The notes: generated by a model not told the origin, from the letters alone. Shown: positions 14,548-29,169, counted from the stretch's first letter. The stretch is 64,000 nucleotides of DNA from Eledone cirrhosa (GCA_964016885.1 OZ024742.1:62496001-62560000); one strand, 5' to 3'. Program-made: numbers and translations.

Positions 14548-14705
14548 CTTGTGTCATATTTGTTCGTGTCATTTTGTTTGAGTATAGGATTTCTGGCCAT
14601 TTACGAGGGTCTTTCAAGCAAGAATTCTTCCTATTATAAACCATCATCCAACCAATAGAATCATTACATCCTTCTATTTGGTGGAAAATTAGGAATGTTG
14701 TATTC
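14548..14705 (-). CDS. Gene A exon 4: (W)NTTFLIFHQIEGCNDSIGWMMVYNRKNSCLKDPRKWPEILYSNKMTRTNMTQ
   Basis: TTTCAG acceptor and G|GTATGT donor; 158 nt, phase 2 in, phase 1 out; open and same length in the paralog 59902-60059. Confidence 0.85.
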
Positions 14706-14735
14706 CTGAAACAGAACGAACATATATATATACTG

Positions 14736-14838
<103 letters not shown>

Positions 14839-14847
14839 GTATAACTA

Positions 14848-14987
14848 AAGTTTCATACACTTAATATCTATGTACGATCAGCAGTATCGGGATCCAATTA
14901 TGGCCACCACTGTATATTGGACGAGACACTTTTAAACGTGCACTCTTCGGGTATTATTCTCACATACATGTTTAGTGTATGAAACTT
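14848..14987. repeat. Small fold-back element with 14-bp inverted ends (AAGTTTCATACACT)
   Basis: 14848-14861 is the reverse complement of 14974-14987; the paralogous copy 62739-62870 has 20/21-bp inverted ends. Confidence 0.6.
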
Positions 14988-15090
14988 AAGATTACGCTTT
15001 TTGTCCCTTGATCTCTCTTTTACGGATTTCTACATACACACAAAGACACACAGACACACAGACACACACAGACACACACAGACACACACA

Positions 15091-15163
<73 letters not shown>

Positions 15164-15177
15164 GCATGCACACACAC

Positions 15178-15237
<60 letters not shown>

Positions 15238-15316
15238 CACAAGTACGCAGTAATTATATGATCGTATCAAACACTCATAGTCTCGTATATGCATTTATGC
15301 ATATATACATGTGTGT

Positions 15317-15386
<70 letters not shown>

Positions 15387-15685
15387 ATGGACTGGCCAGG
15401 TTATCAGGTTACCTGATGTAAAGTGGGCTTCCTGGGACCCACGGTAGTATATCAGGGTCCAATGCTTTGCTATAAATAAATATCTAAATTCTTAGTAAAA
15501 GAATAAAAATAAAAAAAAACATAAAACGATTCAGCAAAGCTTTTGGTCAAACATTTCCCTATGGAATTAAGAGAAGCTAAAGTATATAATAGTGTGAATA
15601 GTTGGAATCAGTGGGGATACATTGTACTAAATTTATAGCTAACTGTATTCATTCATGCATACATATAATCATACATACATACACT

Positions 15686-15721
<36 letters not shown>

Positions 15722-15757
15722 GAACTTATAGTTCACTTGAAGCATTGTGTAATGAGG

Positions 15758-16250
<493 letters not shown>

Positions 16251-16530
16251 CAATGATATTAAATAAATGGAAACTATATTTATAAAACCATATTTATTCT
16301 ATTATATATATTTAAAGGGTACCAAAATGTTGGTACGCTATCATCAGATAAAATATGAAGTGTGTTTTATAAATTTTGACATAACCAAGAAAAATATACC
16401 TTAACGGTTCAAGTTTTCCTCGGATAGTAATATCATTGAATATAATACTCCAGAAAACCTGCCGAGTGCTCTAAATCAGTTATAAACATTTATATTTGTT
16501 GAATCACCAACAAATCGAATATACCTTCTG

Positions 16531-16584
<54 letters not shown>

Positions 16585-16768
16585 TATATAACCCTATATA
16601 TACAGGCATACACACAAGAAAACTGTCTCCTGTTCATATACCCACTGATTAGACCCCAAACACAACAAGCAATAAAACACACACATACACATATATACAC
16701 ACTTATATATGTATATAGATACAAACACACACACACGCACACACACACACACACACACGCACACACAC

Positions 16769-16868
<100 letters not shown>

Positions 16869-17835
16869 TTATATATATATACATTTAAAGTATATGATAA
16901 ACACGAAATGTGTTTACATTGCAACAGACAAAGTTAGCTATTAATGAAATAAACTAATAAAAGTGAATACAATTTGTCTGTCTCGATACAAGTCAATAAA
17001 GACAAGGTTATATTGGCAACTGCCATGATTCCTGGACATATTTAAATTTCAAAATTCAAACCTGTTCTGTAGACGAATTTGAACCTCGAAACCCAAATAA
17101 GTTTCGCAATGGTGGAATGTGAATTGAAAAATAAAGAGAATCGAAATGGAATAGAAATAAAAGAATGAAATATCCAAATCATCTGTGCATATCAACAGGA
17201 ATCCAGTAAGATTAGTCTATCACACATCAAAAATTTTGCAGGACTGACTACACGTGGGTAGGCAGGCCAAAACTATCTATCCCACATTCACGGTGCTAGA
17301 AATAACAGCCGCTTATGCAGGATTAAGGATCAGTTCATACAATAAAGGAGCTATAGATTATATTATATTTTGAGAATAAACTCTCAGTCGTTTACAATAA
17401 TTAAGCTCCAGGAAGGGGCTCTCCCGAGCAGTTAAATACATTTAAAGTATATGATAAACATAAATATATATATATATATATTTAGACATACCTAATCAAT
17501 GAAACAATTGTTATTACTGCAAATAAAACCCTTTTAGTACTGTTGACCATGTTATTCATCACTCTTTCACTATATATATATATAAGAGTATGAAAGTAGA
17601 AGAGCTTCTACAGAACTAGAACTGTTTCATTAGTGAGAAGGGAATTCTTTAAAAGCTAATTCTTTAAAGCTATAACACTGGTCAATAGCCAAAATGCTTC
17701 TTACATGTGAATATGTGCATATTACTAATTTCATACCACTAAATTCAGTTTTGATATTAATTTTTTGCTATCGGACCAGAATGCCTTAATATGAAATCGA
17801 AAATATGTTCATCGTATTGCATTATTTAACATATA

Positions 17836-18025
17836 GGCGGTGGATTGGCAGTATTGGTAGAGTGTCGGATGCCATGCTTTGGCGCATAGAGTTACGGCCC
17901 TTGCGATTCTGAGTTCAAATCCCGCCGAGGTTAACTTTGCCTTTCATCCTTACGGGGTCGATAAAATATAGTACCAGTAATACACTGGTGAATTGCTGGC
18001 CTTGTGCCTAACGTAGAAACAATTA
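17836..18025 (+). mobile_element. tRNA-derived SINE (cephalopod-type)
   Basis: GGCGGTGGATTGGCAG..GGTAGAG A-box, GAGTTCAAATCCC B-box, conserved body, ATT tail; related copies at 33766, 36935 and 41684. Confidence 0.85.
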
Positions 18026-18296
18026 TTTAACATATGATGACTTAGATAAAAACATTAACTTTAAAGAAAGGTTTTAAAGAAAGGGAAATTTTTTAAAATC
18101 TAATTCTTTAAAGCATTACTTAGAGCAACAAAGGCAGAAGGAATTCTATAAACAAGTTCAAATTTGTGGTGCCTCTACTTATTGTCAAGTTTCTCTTAAG
18201 CTATATTTCAGGTGTCTGCAAGCACATTCACACTCACACACACACACAGATAAACATATATATACATATATACACATATATACACATACATACACA

Positions 18297-18348
<52 letters not shown>

Positions 18349-18373
18349 TATACACATACATACATATTTATAC

Positions 18374-20650
18374 ATGGTCAGATAAAGACAGAATTGTGGC
18401 TTTGTTGCCACGTCGCGCCTCTGCCACCCGGGCCCACTGGACGGCTTTCGTCCCCTCGTGTTTCAGAGCACGCGCTCTAGCTCTGACAACGCAGCCTTCG
18501 TGTTTTGCGTTGAAGAATTGGTCGAGTGCCAATCTCGCCGCATGCACGTCGGTTGCGATGCCTATCCTAAACGCCTCTTCTAGCTTTCTGACTAGCTCTC
18601 CCTCTACTCTATTTTCCTCTATCGCTACTCCTTTGCTAAACCTAATCGACTCTACTTTAATTGCCCTTTTCAGGGCGAACCACCACCTGTTGTTGACGAC
18701 CGCTCCCGTCAACGCCCGCTTAACTATTACGCTAATCCCGTCTCTGTAGGCTTTGCGCGCCGGGAAAGACGTGTTCAGCTTCCAGTAACCGGGTCCTTGT
18801 CTATGAAGTCTGTTTATGTCGATCTCACAGATCACAAATTTGTGGTCTGTGTAGTCGACTATTTTAAATTGTGGACAACCTATACTAGCCTTATCTAGTT
18901 CTCTGCAGAATACCCTATCGAGATACTATCTGGATGACCCGATGCGGTTTGTCCATGTCTACATTAGCACATTCGGGTGATCCAGTCGATACCTGTCAGA
19001 CAGTTCAAAACGTCTGAGCAGGTTGGTGAGGCTCTTGCACCCTCTTCGCCTATCCACTTACCCCACACAATCCCAGCGTGCATCCAAGATACCGTTCCAG
19101 TCGCCCACTAACACTAAAGAGCAGGACGTTCCCAGAAAGGTCTCTAGACGTCTGAAGAAATCTGGTCGTCCTGTCCCTGTCGGGCATAGACGTCTACTAG
19201 CCTGAAAGCGTTGCCTTCGGTAGCCGTTCACGTTCATTACCATCGACTTACCTTCTGGGTCCTGCTGCCTATTCTGAGTAAGGTCATGTTGAAAAGGAGT
19301 GGAAAAAGTTGGGAAAGACCACTCATCTCACTTCTTGTGAAGGAAGGATGGTTTTTCTGTCCTTCTGACTGTTTGTGGTCCTCTCCGTAAGAATATCTTT
19401 AAATATCCCCCTGGAAAGTGTTTGGCGGAAGTCTCTTGGGGAATTTTAATTTTAGTGTTGTGTATGTTTTCTGTGTGATACGAGTGATTTATATGTGTGT
19501 GAGTGGTGTGAATTTTTGGGGTATTGTATAGTCTTTTTCTGTGATGGTGGTGTTGTGTTGAATGTAGTATAATAATTGTTTGCTGTTCAAATGTAATGCT
19601 GTGTAGTGTGTATCGGTTTGGTTGCTTTGTTTTGTTTCCGTTTGTTGTGGATTTGTTTCTGTTTCGCTTGTTGGTGTTTTTTATGGTGTTTGGATTGATC
19701 ATGGTGTTTGGAGTGATGGGGCTGATGGTGCTGGTGTGGGTGGTGGCGAAGCTGTCTTAACTTTTTTGTTGGTTTGTTTGTTTGGTTGTTTCGCCCTGTA
19801 TTTTGTGTTTGGAGGGCGAAGGAAGAGGATTGTTTTCTTTTTTTGGTTTCTTTTTTTTCCAGATACAGTTTCCCACTCCTCCTCCTTGTCACAATTTGTC
19901 TCCAGTTGTTAGAGGTCGGGGAGTGGAATGTCCTCCACAGGTGTTGGTGTTGGTTGTGGCGTGTTAGATTGTGGAGGTGCTAGTGCTCCTTCTGGCACGG
20001 TGGGCGATAGTGGTGTTGGCCTTGCTACTGTTGCTGCTACTGTTGCTGCTACTGTTGCTGCTACAGTTGCTGCTGTCATTGCTGCTACAATTGTTGCTGC
20101 CATTTCTGGTGCTGGTTTTAATGGTTGAGTCACTGAGGTGGGCAAGGGTCGGTTCCTTCACCACAAACGACACACCTAGGCCTTCTACCTTCAACAATAC
20201 GGTGAAGTGGCTGCCGTCATCGAGGTCTATAACCTTTGGAATCTCTTGGATGTTTTTTTGCTCCGCTTCGATTAGGAGCTCCATTCCAGATCCGGACCAG
20301 TTTTCTTGTTTTACTCTAATCAGCTCGATCACTTTTGTGTCAGCCTTTATGCTGGCGAGGACGGCAGCCATCAGACAGGGAATTTCAATGGCCGGCGGAA
20401 TCTGGATCACCCTGATTCTTACCAGCCTCTGACCACAGTAGCTAGGGACGAATGTGAACTCGTCACTTTTTAATGAGGCAATGGGGTGCTCTCTGTCTTC
20501 CTGTAGGGTTCCAAAGAACGCGTCCACGGTTCCATGTCTTTGTCCATATCTGATGTGGGTTTTTTGAGCACACACATGTCCCAAAACTTTTCGGATCTAG
20601 GAGTCGGATGCCCACTCCACTCGGCGTGTTTTAAAATTAATTGAGCGAAA
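18374..20650 (-). mobile_element. Tx1/L1-like LINE fragment (ORF1 + APE, internally deleted, no RT) in gene A intron 3
   Basis: ORF1 homologous to 55697 (VPSYCGQRLVRIRV..QENWSGSGMELLI); APE motifs VGDWNGILD, SRYLDR, DHK, GPGYWKLN. Confidence 0.85.
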
Positions 20651-20915
20651 AGACCCTAATTAAATATTGTACTTAGGCTGAACAATATTTAATGTTGCTC
20701 TTAACTAGCCACTTAAATTTTGCCTAAGCACTGTCCAACACCTACTGAATTAGACTCACTCTGCTGAATCATCCCTTTAGCTGGGATATACAAACAATTC
20801 TAGGGTGCTTTTCTGCCTTTTCACCGTGCAGCTGCCTCCCTTGGGGATTATGCCCCTTTCACAGTCGCTATTAATATTTTTGTCTACGATGCATGAGGAC
20901 GTAGATCTATATATA

Positions 20916-20946
<31 letters not shown>

Positions 20947-21108
20947 GTATATGCATGCGCGTATACGCGCGCGTGTGTGTGTCTATGTGTAGGTGTGTAT
21001 AAGTGTGCATGTGCTTGTTTGCATGTTTGTGTGTGAGTGATTAATCCACTTTAAATGCATACTCTTATTAATAAAATATATCATCAGCTAAATAGAAGAC
21101 AGACATAC

Positions 21109-21266
21109 CAATTACTTATCTGGAATACATCAAAGCCAGCATTAAAGTCGTTCCATGGGAAATGTAGAACTCTGTTTTGTTTAAACCAGTTCCTATTGTC
21201 TGAACCTGTTCCATTGAAGGTAATTGTCACAACCTCAGTTTTGTTTTTTTCAAGAACCACTTTTAC
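21109..21266 (-). CDS. Gene A exon 3: VKVVLEKNKTEVVTITFNGTGSDNRNWFKQNRVLHFPWNDFNAGFDVFQISN(W)
   Basis: TTTATTTCAG acceptor and TG|GTATGT donor; 158 nt, phase 0 in, phase 2 out; phases fit exons 2 and 4. Confidence 0.85.
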
Positions 21267-21487
21267 CTGAAATAAACAACCCCAACAATCAGTGATGTGT
21301 GAATAACATTAACAATTATATCAAGTCTGATACATCAACATGTATAAACATTTATAAATAACAAACAAGAAAGCTTCTCAAGACAACAAATAGACCATTG
21401 TGTAGTTACTTGATCTGCTAAAATTAGAGCCCAAATTCCCCTCATATCACACCCTACCTTATTAAAATAGAATCAACACAATATATA

Positions 21488-22070
21488 ATGTAGTTCTAGA
21501 TACGTAATGTCTGAATGTAGAAACACTGCATAATGTAATTCTAGAAATATTATCTCTGAAAAATATATTTAACGGTATTTTCCGAGATACACAATGTTTG
21601 AACAAAGACATCACCATCATCACAATGTAAGGCCTATTTTCCATACTTAAATGGTTTAGATGGTTTGCCACGTTATGACCAAATAAGGTCTGGTGACCAT
21701 GTCCTGCTCTTATGGAATTTTTTGGGGGTTTGATTTCTAATGATAGATGCCCATTCTAACGCCAACCACATAACAATCTGGGTGCGTTTATTTGTCGTGT
21801 AGATTGTGTACTTTTTTCTTGTATCACTTTCACGACCACATTACACAATCATCGGACACATTGGATAATGAAGAGCTAGATATATTATGTTTCAATGAAG
21901 ACACAATAGGAAATGTAGTCTTAGATATATTGTGCCTGATTATATATTCGAGAATGTAGTCTTAGATACATTAAATCTGAATTATCACATATCAGTTATT
22001 GTGGTTCGAGACATATTTTGACTGAAATATTTAATTACCTGTATTAGTTTCAAAATCATACATGACTATG
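21488..22070. repeat. Degenerate minisatellite (~42-46-nt period, core GTAGTYYTAGATAYATT..TCTGAA) interrupted by an RTE-type repeat
   Basis: About 7 recognisable cores at ~21490, 21535, 21575, 21872, 21915, 21956 and 22001. Confidence 0.6.
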
Positions 22071-22129
22071 TTTAGAAGTGAGAATAAGATAGATGAAATG
22101 TCATCTTGGACGAACAGCTGGTATGTTAG

Positions 22130-22815
22130 CTCTCATTTTGAAAGATGCATTTTTACAATACAAGAAAAGGAAATACCAATAAAATATCTGATACTCAAAG
22201 AGGGTATAGCTGCTGGATTAACACTTTGATGCCAAAACAGTTGCAGATTATTTGGAGTAAACATCTGGTATATCATCTACACCTTAAGCAGCTGTTCGAC
22301 ATTATCATGATGGTACTATGTACCAATGTGACATGATGTAGTGATCAAACACTTAGTAATGAGATTGGTAGAAAGATAGTCCTGAAAATACAAATATCCA
22401 AAGGGGTATTGATGGCGAGAAAATATTCACACATAATATGAAAGATAACTGGACTGTTCTTGTCAAAACACCAGTAAAATATAAACATAACAAACCAGAT
22501 TTAATGACATGGGACAGGGAAAATAAGATATACACAATAGTTAAAATTAACTACCTAACAGATGTTAATATAGTGTTAGAAGTTATTGAAAAGAAGAACA
22601 TCTATGCCTAATTAACTAATAATCTGCAGATCCTCGATCATGACTCTACCTTTATATTTCTACCTGTGATCTTTTGGGCAATTGGATATGTTACTAACTG
22701 CTTCAGTACAAATATTAAGAAACTGGGCTACGCAGAATTAGAAAAAGCATGAAAAATTAAGACATTGTAAGTATAATTTATCAAGGGAACTGTAAAAATA
22801 TGCAAAACTTTCCAG
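22130..22815 (+). mobile_element. Highly degenerate RLE-LINE 3' end
   Basis: KPDLMTWDRENK..IV..D.N (PD..D restriction-like endonuclease) and P..GA.G motifs with stops. Confidence 0.5.
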
Positions 22816-23103
22816 CACATGTGTATATATAGATATGGAAATGTATGTATATGTGCACATATATAATTCAAAATATTCAAATCCATACATGCAATGACAT
22901 CCATATCTTCACACAAACAAACATGCATACAGAGAATACATAATTACCTACATGATAACTAAATTGTATATTGATGTCTGAATGAATCTTGTTTGGGGAT
23001 TAGAAACAGGCTCACTCTTTCAATTTCTATTTATGTGAAACTAATAAAAATAAAACCAGATGAAAATATATACATAGCGAGTAGGAAAATAAATATATCT
23101 TAC

Positions 23104-23276
23104 ATTCTCAACCGATATATTTTTCCAAGTATTTATAAAATGATCTCGGTAGGCCTCAGAACAAATTGTCTTCTGTTGACAATTATTTATAACATTATCC
23201 CTGCTGTTTTTTAAATATAAATTGAGTGGTGGTAATTTGCAGTTATTTGGTAAGACATAGATCTTATGCCATTTAC
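23104..23276 (-). CDS. Gene A exon 2: (G)KWHKIYVLPNNCKLPPLNLYLKNSRDNVINNCQQKTICSEAYRDHFINTWKNISVEN
   Basis: TTTTCTTCTCCAG acceptor and AAT|GTAAGA donor; 173 nt, phase 1 in, phase 0 out, open frame. Confidence 0.85.
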
Positions 23277-24389
23277 CTGGAGAAGAAAAAACTTCTTTTT
23301 AAATTTGAATAACACTTAGAATATATAGGCGTAAGTACAAGAAACAGAAAATTGTGGAAGGAATCTTCAAAAGAGAGAGATAGTAATTATAGGTAAATTC
23401 TCTAGACAACTACGTTTCAGTGTTTGGTTGTAAGTCATTTCACTTCCCTATCTCCAAATATTTTTGTTTAGCCCGTGGTCATCATCTCTTAGTGATTAAA
23501 GTTTTGATGTTAGCCTTTAATTTGATGTAAATGTGGCTGTTATTTCTAGCATGGTGACCCACCGAAGAGACGACACCCCATTGTCTCTTTTCCAGTTTTG
23601 TTGTATAAAATGGTACAGCCAATCGTTGGGGTTCGACCCTAGATGCTAGAGTGTATTTATCATAGTATGTTAATAAACCTTAGAAATACTGAGCAGTGCC
23701 CATCTCCATACCAAGCATCCAGTCTCTCATCATGTCTAGTCTGTCAGATGAAGCATGACTGACAAATGTTACAGAAATGTGAGAATCTGATGAGAAAAAG
23801 TGTACCTATCCCTAAGAATGCCTCCTGTCAGACATCAAACTATTTTTCCTACCCAAACTTCGCAGTTTTGAGAAAATATTTCTTGGTTAAAGGTTATTTA
23901 AATCTTAGATAACATCCTGTATTGAAATAATGTTTCTTCAAATCACTTTACACTATTTTTAGTGCAAAATGACATAACACTAACTGCAATAATGTTATAT
24001 TAATTTGTTTAATTCTGATTTCAACGAGGCAGTAGGTAATGGTACATCTAGTATACGGTTTCTGTACATCCTCACTAACGATAGAACTCGTATTGAATTA
24101 GTATATCTTTGGATCACTTTATTCTCTGGTAATATTTAACTATAAACATGTGATCATATTTAGCGCAATGACATGATAGATGTGTTACCAACCCCCAGCA
24201 TCTTCTATTAGAACTAATGGTTTCTGATGGACGAAACTTTTTCAGTTAATAGCAGCGAAACCTCCAATACCCTGGTATGGTATCAAAGTATCATAACACA
24301 GAAGGGTAGGATGTGAAGGATACTTCACTTCTAATTCTCTCATATCTTGCTTCAATGTAAAATTATCATTAGTTTATACATATCTGTGT

Positions 24390-25030
24390 ACATCATCATC
24401 ATCATCGTTTAACGTCTATCTTCCACGCCTGTATGGGTCAGACGGGAATTATCCGACTTGAGACAAGATTGGTCGGGTGACCGTGTCTCGCTCGTATAGG
24501 ACTGTATCTGGCAGGTTTTCTATGGCTGGATGCGCTTCCTAACACCAACCGGACTTACAGGGTGGACTGGAAGCCTTTTTACCGTGTCTCCTACAAGACC
24601 ACTTCACAGCGTGGACTGGATGATTTTTGTCGTGACACCTACACGACCACTTTAGTGTGGACTGGATGTTCTGTGATACCAACATAACGTTACAAAAGAA
24701 GGGAGGTGTAGGTGGAAGTGGGAGGATGGAGTAGGTGTAGTGGGTTGGGGTGTATATTTGGTTAAGAAATGCCTACTGACTGTAGGTTTAACTTTGTCAT
24801 AAGGGAAGGCGGGTCTTCTGTATTACTGCGTAGCACCAACGGTCTCGATCTAGTGACATTGTCTTAGAGATGTGTAAATGTGCATGGTCAAGTTTATCAT
24901 GTCGTTCCAGGTTTTTCTTGGTCTACCTACTCCGTTGCTTCCATCAAGTTTCATCACTCTGCACTTTTTTATACAGCGTTCATCTTTGATGTGCATCACA
25001 TGACCATACCAACATAATTTTCTCTCAAGT
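24390..25030. mobile_element. RTE-related repeats (CATCATCATCGTTTAACG.. head, also at 25725) with an internal ~47-nt tandem triplication at 24550-24680
   Basis: 24390-24550 is closely similar to 25725-25882; three GTGGACTGGA units. Confidence 0.55.
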
Positions 25031-25489
25031 AAAGGTATTCATCATAGTTTAAGATTTACAGTGCAATATGTACATTTCGCTTGTTTACATGTCTATATAC
25101 TAAACCCATAAATTTATATATGCTATTATTCTGACTGCGTTAACCAGAGTTTTGTATATAGAGATATGAACTTTTTTGTATGATTCAGCTGTTTACAGCA
25201 CATGTTAATATGTATCAGAATTAACTACCATCATAATGCTGACAATATGCAATTTAGTAATTCCATTCCAGTGTACTACTATATATAATAAAGTATATAA
25301 GCCCCTTAGTTACATATTTACTTGTCGGTGTTTAGGTGATGTACGTAAATCGATTCAAAACAATTTTTTTGTAATTTTGAAGATATATGAAATTTTGGCA
25401 TCTTCACATATCTAGATAAGCAATGTTTAATTTATATACACATATAATTCTATAATGTCTTCATATTTGTCCATTTATTCCTGAGAGTG

Positions 25490-26600
25490 TCATGGGAGCG
25501 AAATCTTCAAACATTCTTTCCAGTGAGTCCTGTCAGAAGCAACCATATCCAACTGAGCACGCATGGATGTTTTACAAACAACTTACTCTGGGTCAAGCTC
25601 TGGGACTACTGCGGGTTGGTTTTGCCCGTAAAATCTGTTCAGTGATTCTTTCCTATGACATTCTAACCATATGCCCAATGCATCGGAGTTGAGGTCTCTA
25701 GATCGTCTGTGTACATAATCATAATCATCATCACCATCGTTTAACGCCAATCTTCCACGCCTGCATAGGTCAGACGGGAATTGTCCCATTTGAGGCAAGA
25801 TTGGTCGGGTGACCATGTCTCGCTTGTATAGGACTGTATCTGGCAGGTTTTCTATGGCTGGATGCCCTTCCTAACGCCAACCATATTTAGACATTCTAAC
25901 CATGTACCCAATGTATCGGAGCTGAGGTGTCTCAATTCGGAGAAGTAGCGTCTCTACATCGAGTGACACTCCAGCCATGCAACATTCAGCATCAGACCTA
26001 TCGAGTGCAAGTCGTATATCATCTCTGTCGACAGCATCTTCTGATATAAACGTGGTGCATCAGGGAGTTGTGACTAATCTCTCAGAGCCGGAGGTCACAA
26101 TATCAGTTAAAGAGCTCTAATGTGGCAAAGCCACTGGGGCGGATGAAATCCTACTTGGGATGTTAAAAGCCATAATTAGGGGAGGTATTCTCTGGCACAC
26201 TCGTGTGTGCTGGGTGGTATGGAACTGTGGAAAGACACCTAAGCAATGGCAATCGGGGGTGATAATCCCAGTTTTCAAAAAGGGAGACAACAGGGAATTT
26301 TACAATTAGAGATGGATCTCCTTGTTAAAACTCCCCGGTGAAGTCAATGCCAAGTGTCTGGAAAAGAGATTCAGGGACATTGTTGACTCCAAGCTAGCTG
26401 ATGAACAGTGTGGTTTTCGCCCCAGACGCAGCATAACTGAAATATATTCACACTGCAGCAGGTCTTCAAGAGGTAAATTTTGTAGACCTCTAAAAGGCAT
26501 AAGACTGCATTCCTCAGGACTGTTGTGGAATGTTGTGCAGAAGCATTGAATCGAGAGTCAGCTGCTTGCTACCCTGATATCTCTATACAAATGCCCGAGT
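25490..26600. mobile_element. Mixed degenerate RTE-like LINE fragments
   Basis: GKATGADEI, WQSGVIIPVFKKGD and DEQCGFRP on the plus strand; 3' fragments on the minus strand. Confidence 0.6.
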
Positions 26601-27134
26601 ATTCTATATTGTCTATAAATAAATATATATTTAAATATAATTACATTTATTGTGAAAATATAATTATCAATACTAAAATAAGAAATAAACGATAAACTCA
26701 TATTCTATTAACAGTTTATATTTTAATTATCATTAGAATAAACATAATACTATGTAATCAGCAACAATTTAATGTTAAATTCAGGTCAAACGTAAAGAGC
26801 TAAATTTTTACATGTAACATTAGGATCCCAGGTAGTTTAATCCTGCTCTATCGTGTATTACATGCATTTCCTGGTAGACTACTTACCAGATATTTCCTGG
26901 TAATACTATCATTTTGACTGTAATGAAATAAATCCCAACTAAAATATTGAGCTCAAGAGTTGTTCAAAAGTTATTTATTAGGAAGATATGTACTCAGGTA
27001 ATTGAACTATAAATACTGAATTGATAGCAATTACTGTATAATAAATTTGGTGACCAGTCAATAATCCCACATTACTATTAATTTATACACCAGTCATCTT
27101 GAAGTAGAACGGTTTGTGAAATAATTTTACTTAC

Positions 27135-27471
27135 CTTCATGTACTGTGTAATAACTCTGGTGTATTGTTGATGATATCACAGCAATACTGTCTTGCCAGG
27201 CATGAAATATCTCACAGCTTTTGTCATAGTAAGTAAAATAACTACAATAGGGCATACTAATGCAGTGAAGAGCACATTTAGTTATGACATTAACAAATGT
27301 CACAGGGTATGTTCTTGTCAGTTTATTGGTATGTATAATAGATTTTCCTTTCAGTAAACGAAAAAAGGAACCATTGTTGGTATTATAATAAGAAGAATGT
27401 GATATATGCAGAGTGAAAAAGTGGAATATCAATAAAATCATTATATGTTGCCAATATTTCTTCGACATCAT
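27135..27471 (-). CDS. Gene A first coding exon: signal peptide + PAN/Apple domain
   Basis: MMSKKYWQHIMILLIFHFFTLHISHS hydrophobic leader; C-x3-C-x5-C-x2-F-x-Y-x4-C (KCALHCISMPYCSYFTYYDKSC) PAN pattern; GAAG|GTAAGT donor; TTCTTTTCAG acceptor 5 nt upstream of the ATG implies an upstream non-coding exon. Confidence 0.85.
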
Positions 27472-27539
27472 TGTATCTGAAAAGAAGATTTGGTCTCTTA
27501 GTTTAGACATAAAGCCACTATACATATATATATATATTG

Positions 27540-27930
27540 GTAAAAGGAAAAGAAAATGCTGACAAATTGTTCTCAGTGAAAAATAGTTTAATTAGGAATA
27601 AGTAAAAATTAGTAATAGTATTAGTTAGTATTCAGTTTTGGTTTTAAGTTTTACCGGTTGCGCATTTCTAATGCTTTTCAAAAATAATTTTGAGATAGAG
27701 CGCCCGTGATGTTTGCTCTAATCTGATTAGTTTTGGAAATTCTACCTGTTTTATGTGAAAAAAGTGACTCCAGATGTATGAAAAAATTCTTGTGGTCAAA
27801 ACAATTTTGATTGGTCGGTAGAGGTCATGTGAATGTTAAAAATTGATTTTGCGCCAAATGTGGGTTTGTCTCGGCTGATTGAGAAGTCACTGAAAAATAA
27901 GTCTTTCAAGACAAATATGTGAGTGTGTGT

Positions 27931-27993
<63 letters not shown>

Positions 27994-29169
27994 AAGAGGT
28001 TCGTTGTTGTGATAATGGTCAGCAGGGGATGTGTGTGCGAACCGCAGCCTGCTGACAGTTCAAATGCCTTTTAAGACGAGTGTGTGTGTGTGTGTGTGTG
28101 TGTGTGTAGCAGAGTAATTCGTGGTAGAGGGATGGTCAGTAGGAATGTGTCTGTACGTGTGTGGGGGATATTTTAACATGTTAAAAGATATTTTTCAGCT
28201 CTTGTCTTATGTTAATGTACGCGTGTGTATATGTGTGTGTATATATATATGTGTGTGTGTGTGTATATATATGTGTGTGTGTGTATATATATATGTGTGT
28301 GTGTGTGTGGGTGGACCAGTATGTTTGTGATACTGGTAAAAATGGCGTACATTATTCGATATTTTCAGTAAAAACGATTCTTTCAATAGAACATCAAAAA
28401 CCTTAATAATAAAAGGTGTGAAATGATATATAGTATTGGCATAAGACCAAGGTGTGTGTGAGTGTCCAGATTGTACGTACTGCAAGGGGAATCCATTAGG
28501 CCTTGCCGTATTGAAATATTTGTGTACAAATATGTATGTGCCCATCAGTGTGCAATGCATGTGTTCGTATATGTATGTGTGTGTGTCGGCACGTTTATAT
28601 CTATAGACATCAAAAGGTATGCAAATTTGTGTATATTTGTGTTGCACCATAGAACATGTGTGTTTACGTATGTCATTGTGTTTATATGTGGGTAGAGATG
28701 TGTGCTAATGTAGGTATGTATGTTGACGTGTGTATGTTGTGGGTTCGTCTTAGGGAGAAGTGTTTAGACGGGGTCCGTATTTGTTAATAAAGCAAGATTC
28801 CTTGCTGATGCGCTGGGTGTGGGTGGCATTATCTTTAAATTTGTAGAGGGGAAAGATTCTGAAGTTGGGATGATTTTGGGCGGCACAGGTATCAATGTGT
28901 TCACTCAGTGGTATTTTCCTGTATTCCCGTATTTTAATTTGGGATATATGGACAGTCATGCGTTGGCGGAGGTTGAATTTGGTCTGGCCTATGTATTGTT
29001 CTCGACAACCTGAGCAAGTTAATACATATATTAGATTTTCTGATCCGCATGTGAAATTGTGTTTTACTATAAAACGTTGTCCTTCTTTGAAATAGAATTC
29101 CGAACCCTCTGTTAGGTTGATGCATATGCCACAGTTGGGTCTATCGCATTTTTTTACTGTGGGTTTCGT

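Noticed and set aside
16476-16530. Possible extra exon next to (TA)n
   Set aside because: No pyrimidine tract, and exons 3 and 4 already join in frame
17610-17680. Minus-strand hammerhead-like remnant (TTAAAGA ATTAG..CTAAT GAAA CAG)
   Set aside because: Core too degenerate, with no associated PLE coding sequence
21488-22070. CRISPR array
   Set aside because: Eukaryotic intron, highly degenerate repeats, short spacers and no cas genes
27472-27525. Upstream ATG (MYSGF..) as the start of gene A
   Set aside because: It arises at the edge of a (TA)n run upstream of a good splice acceptor; the ATG at 27471 directly precedes the signal peptide
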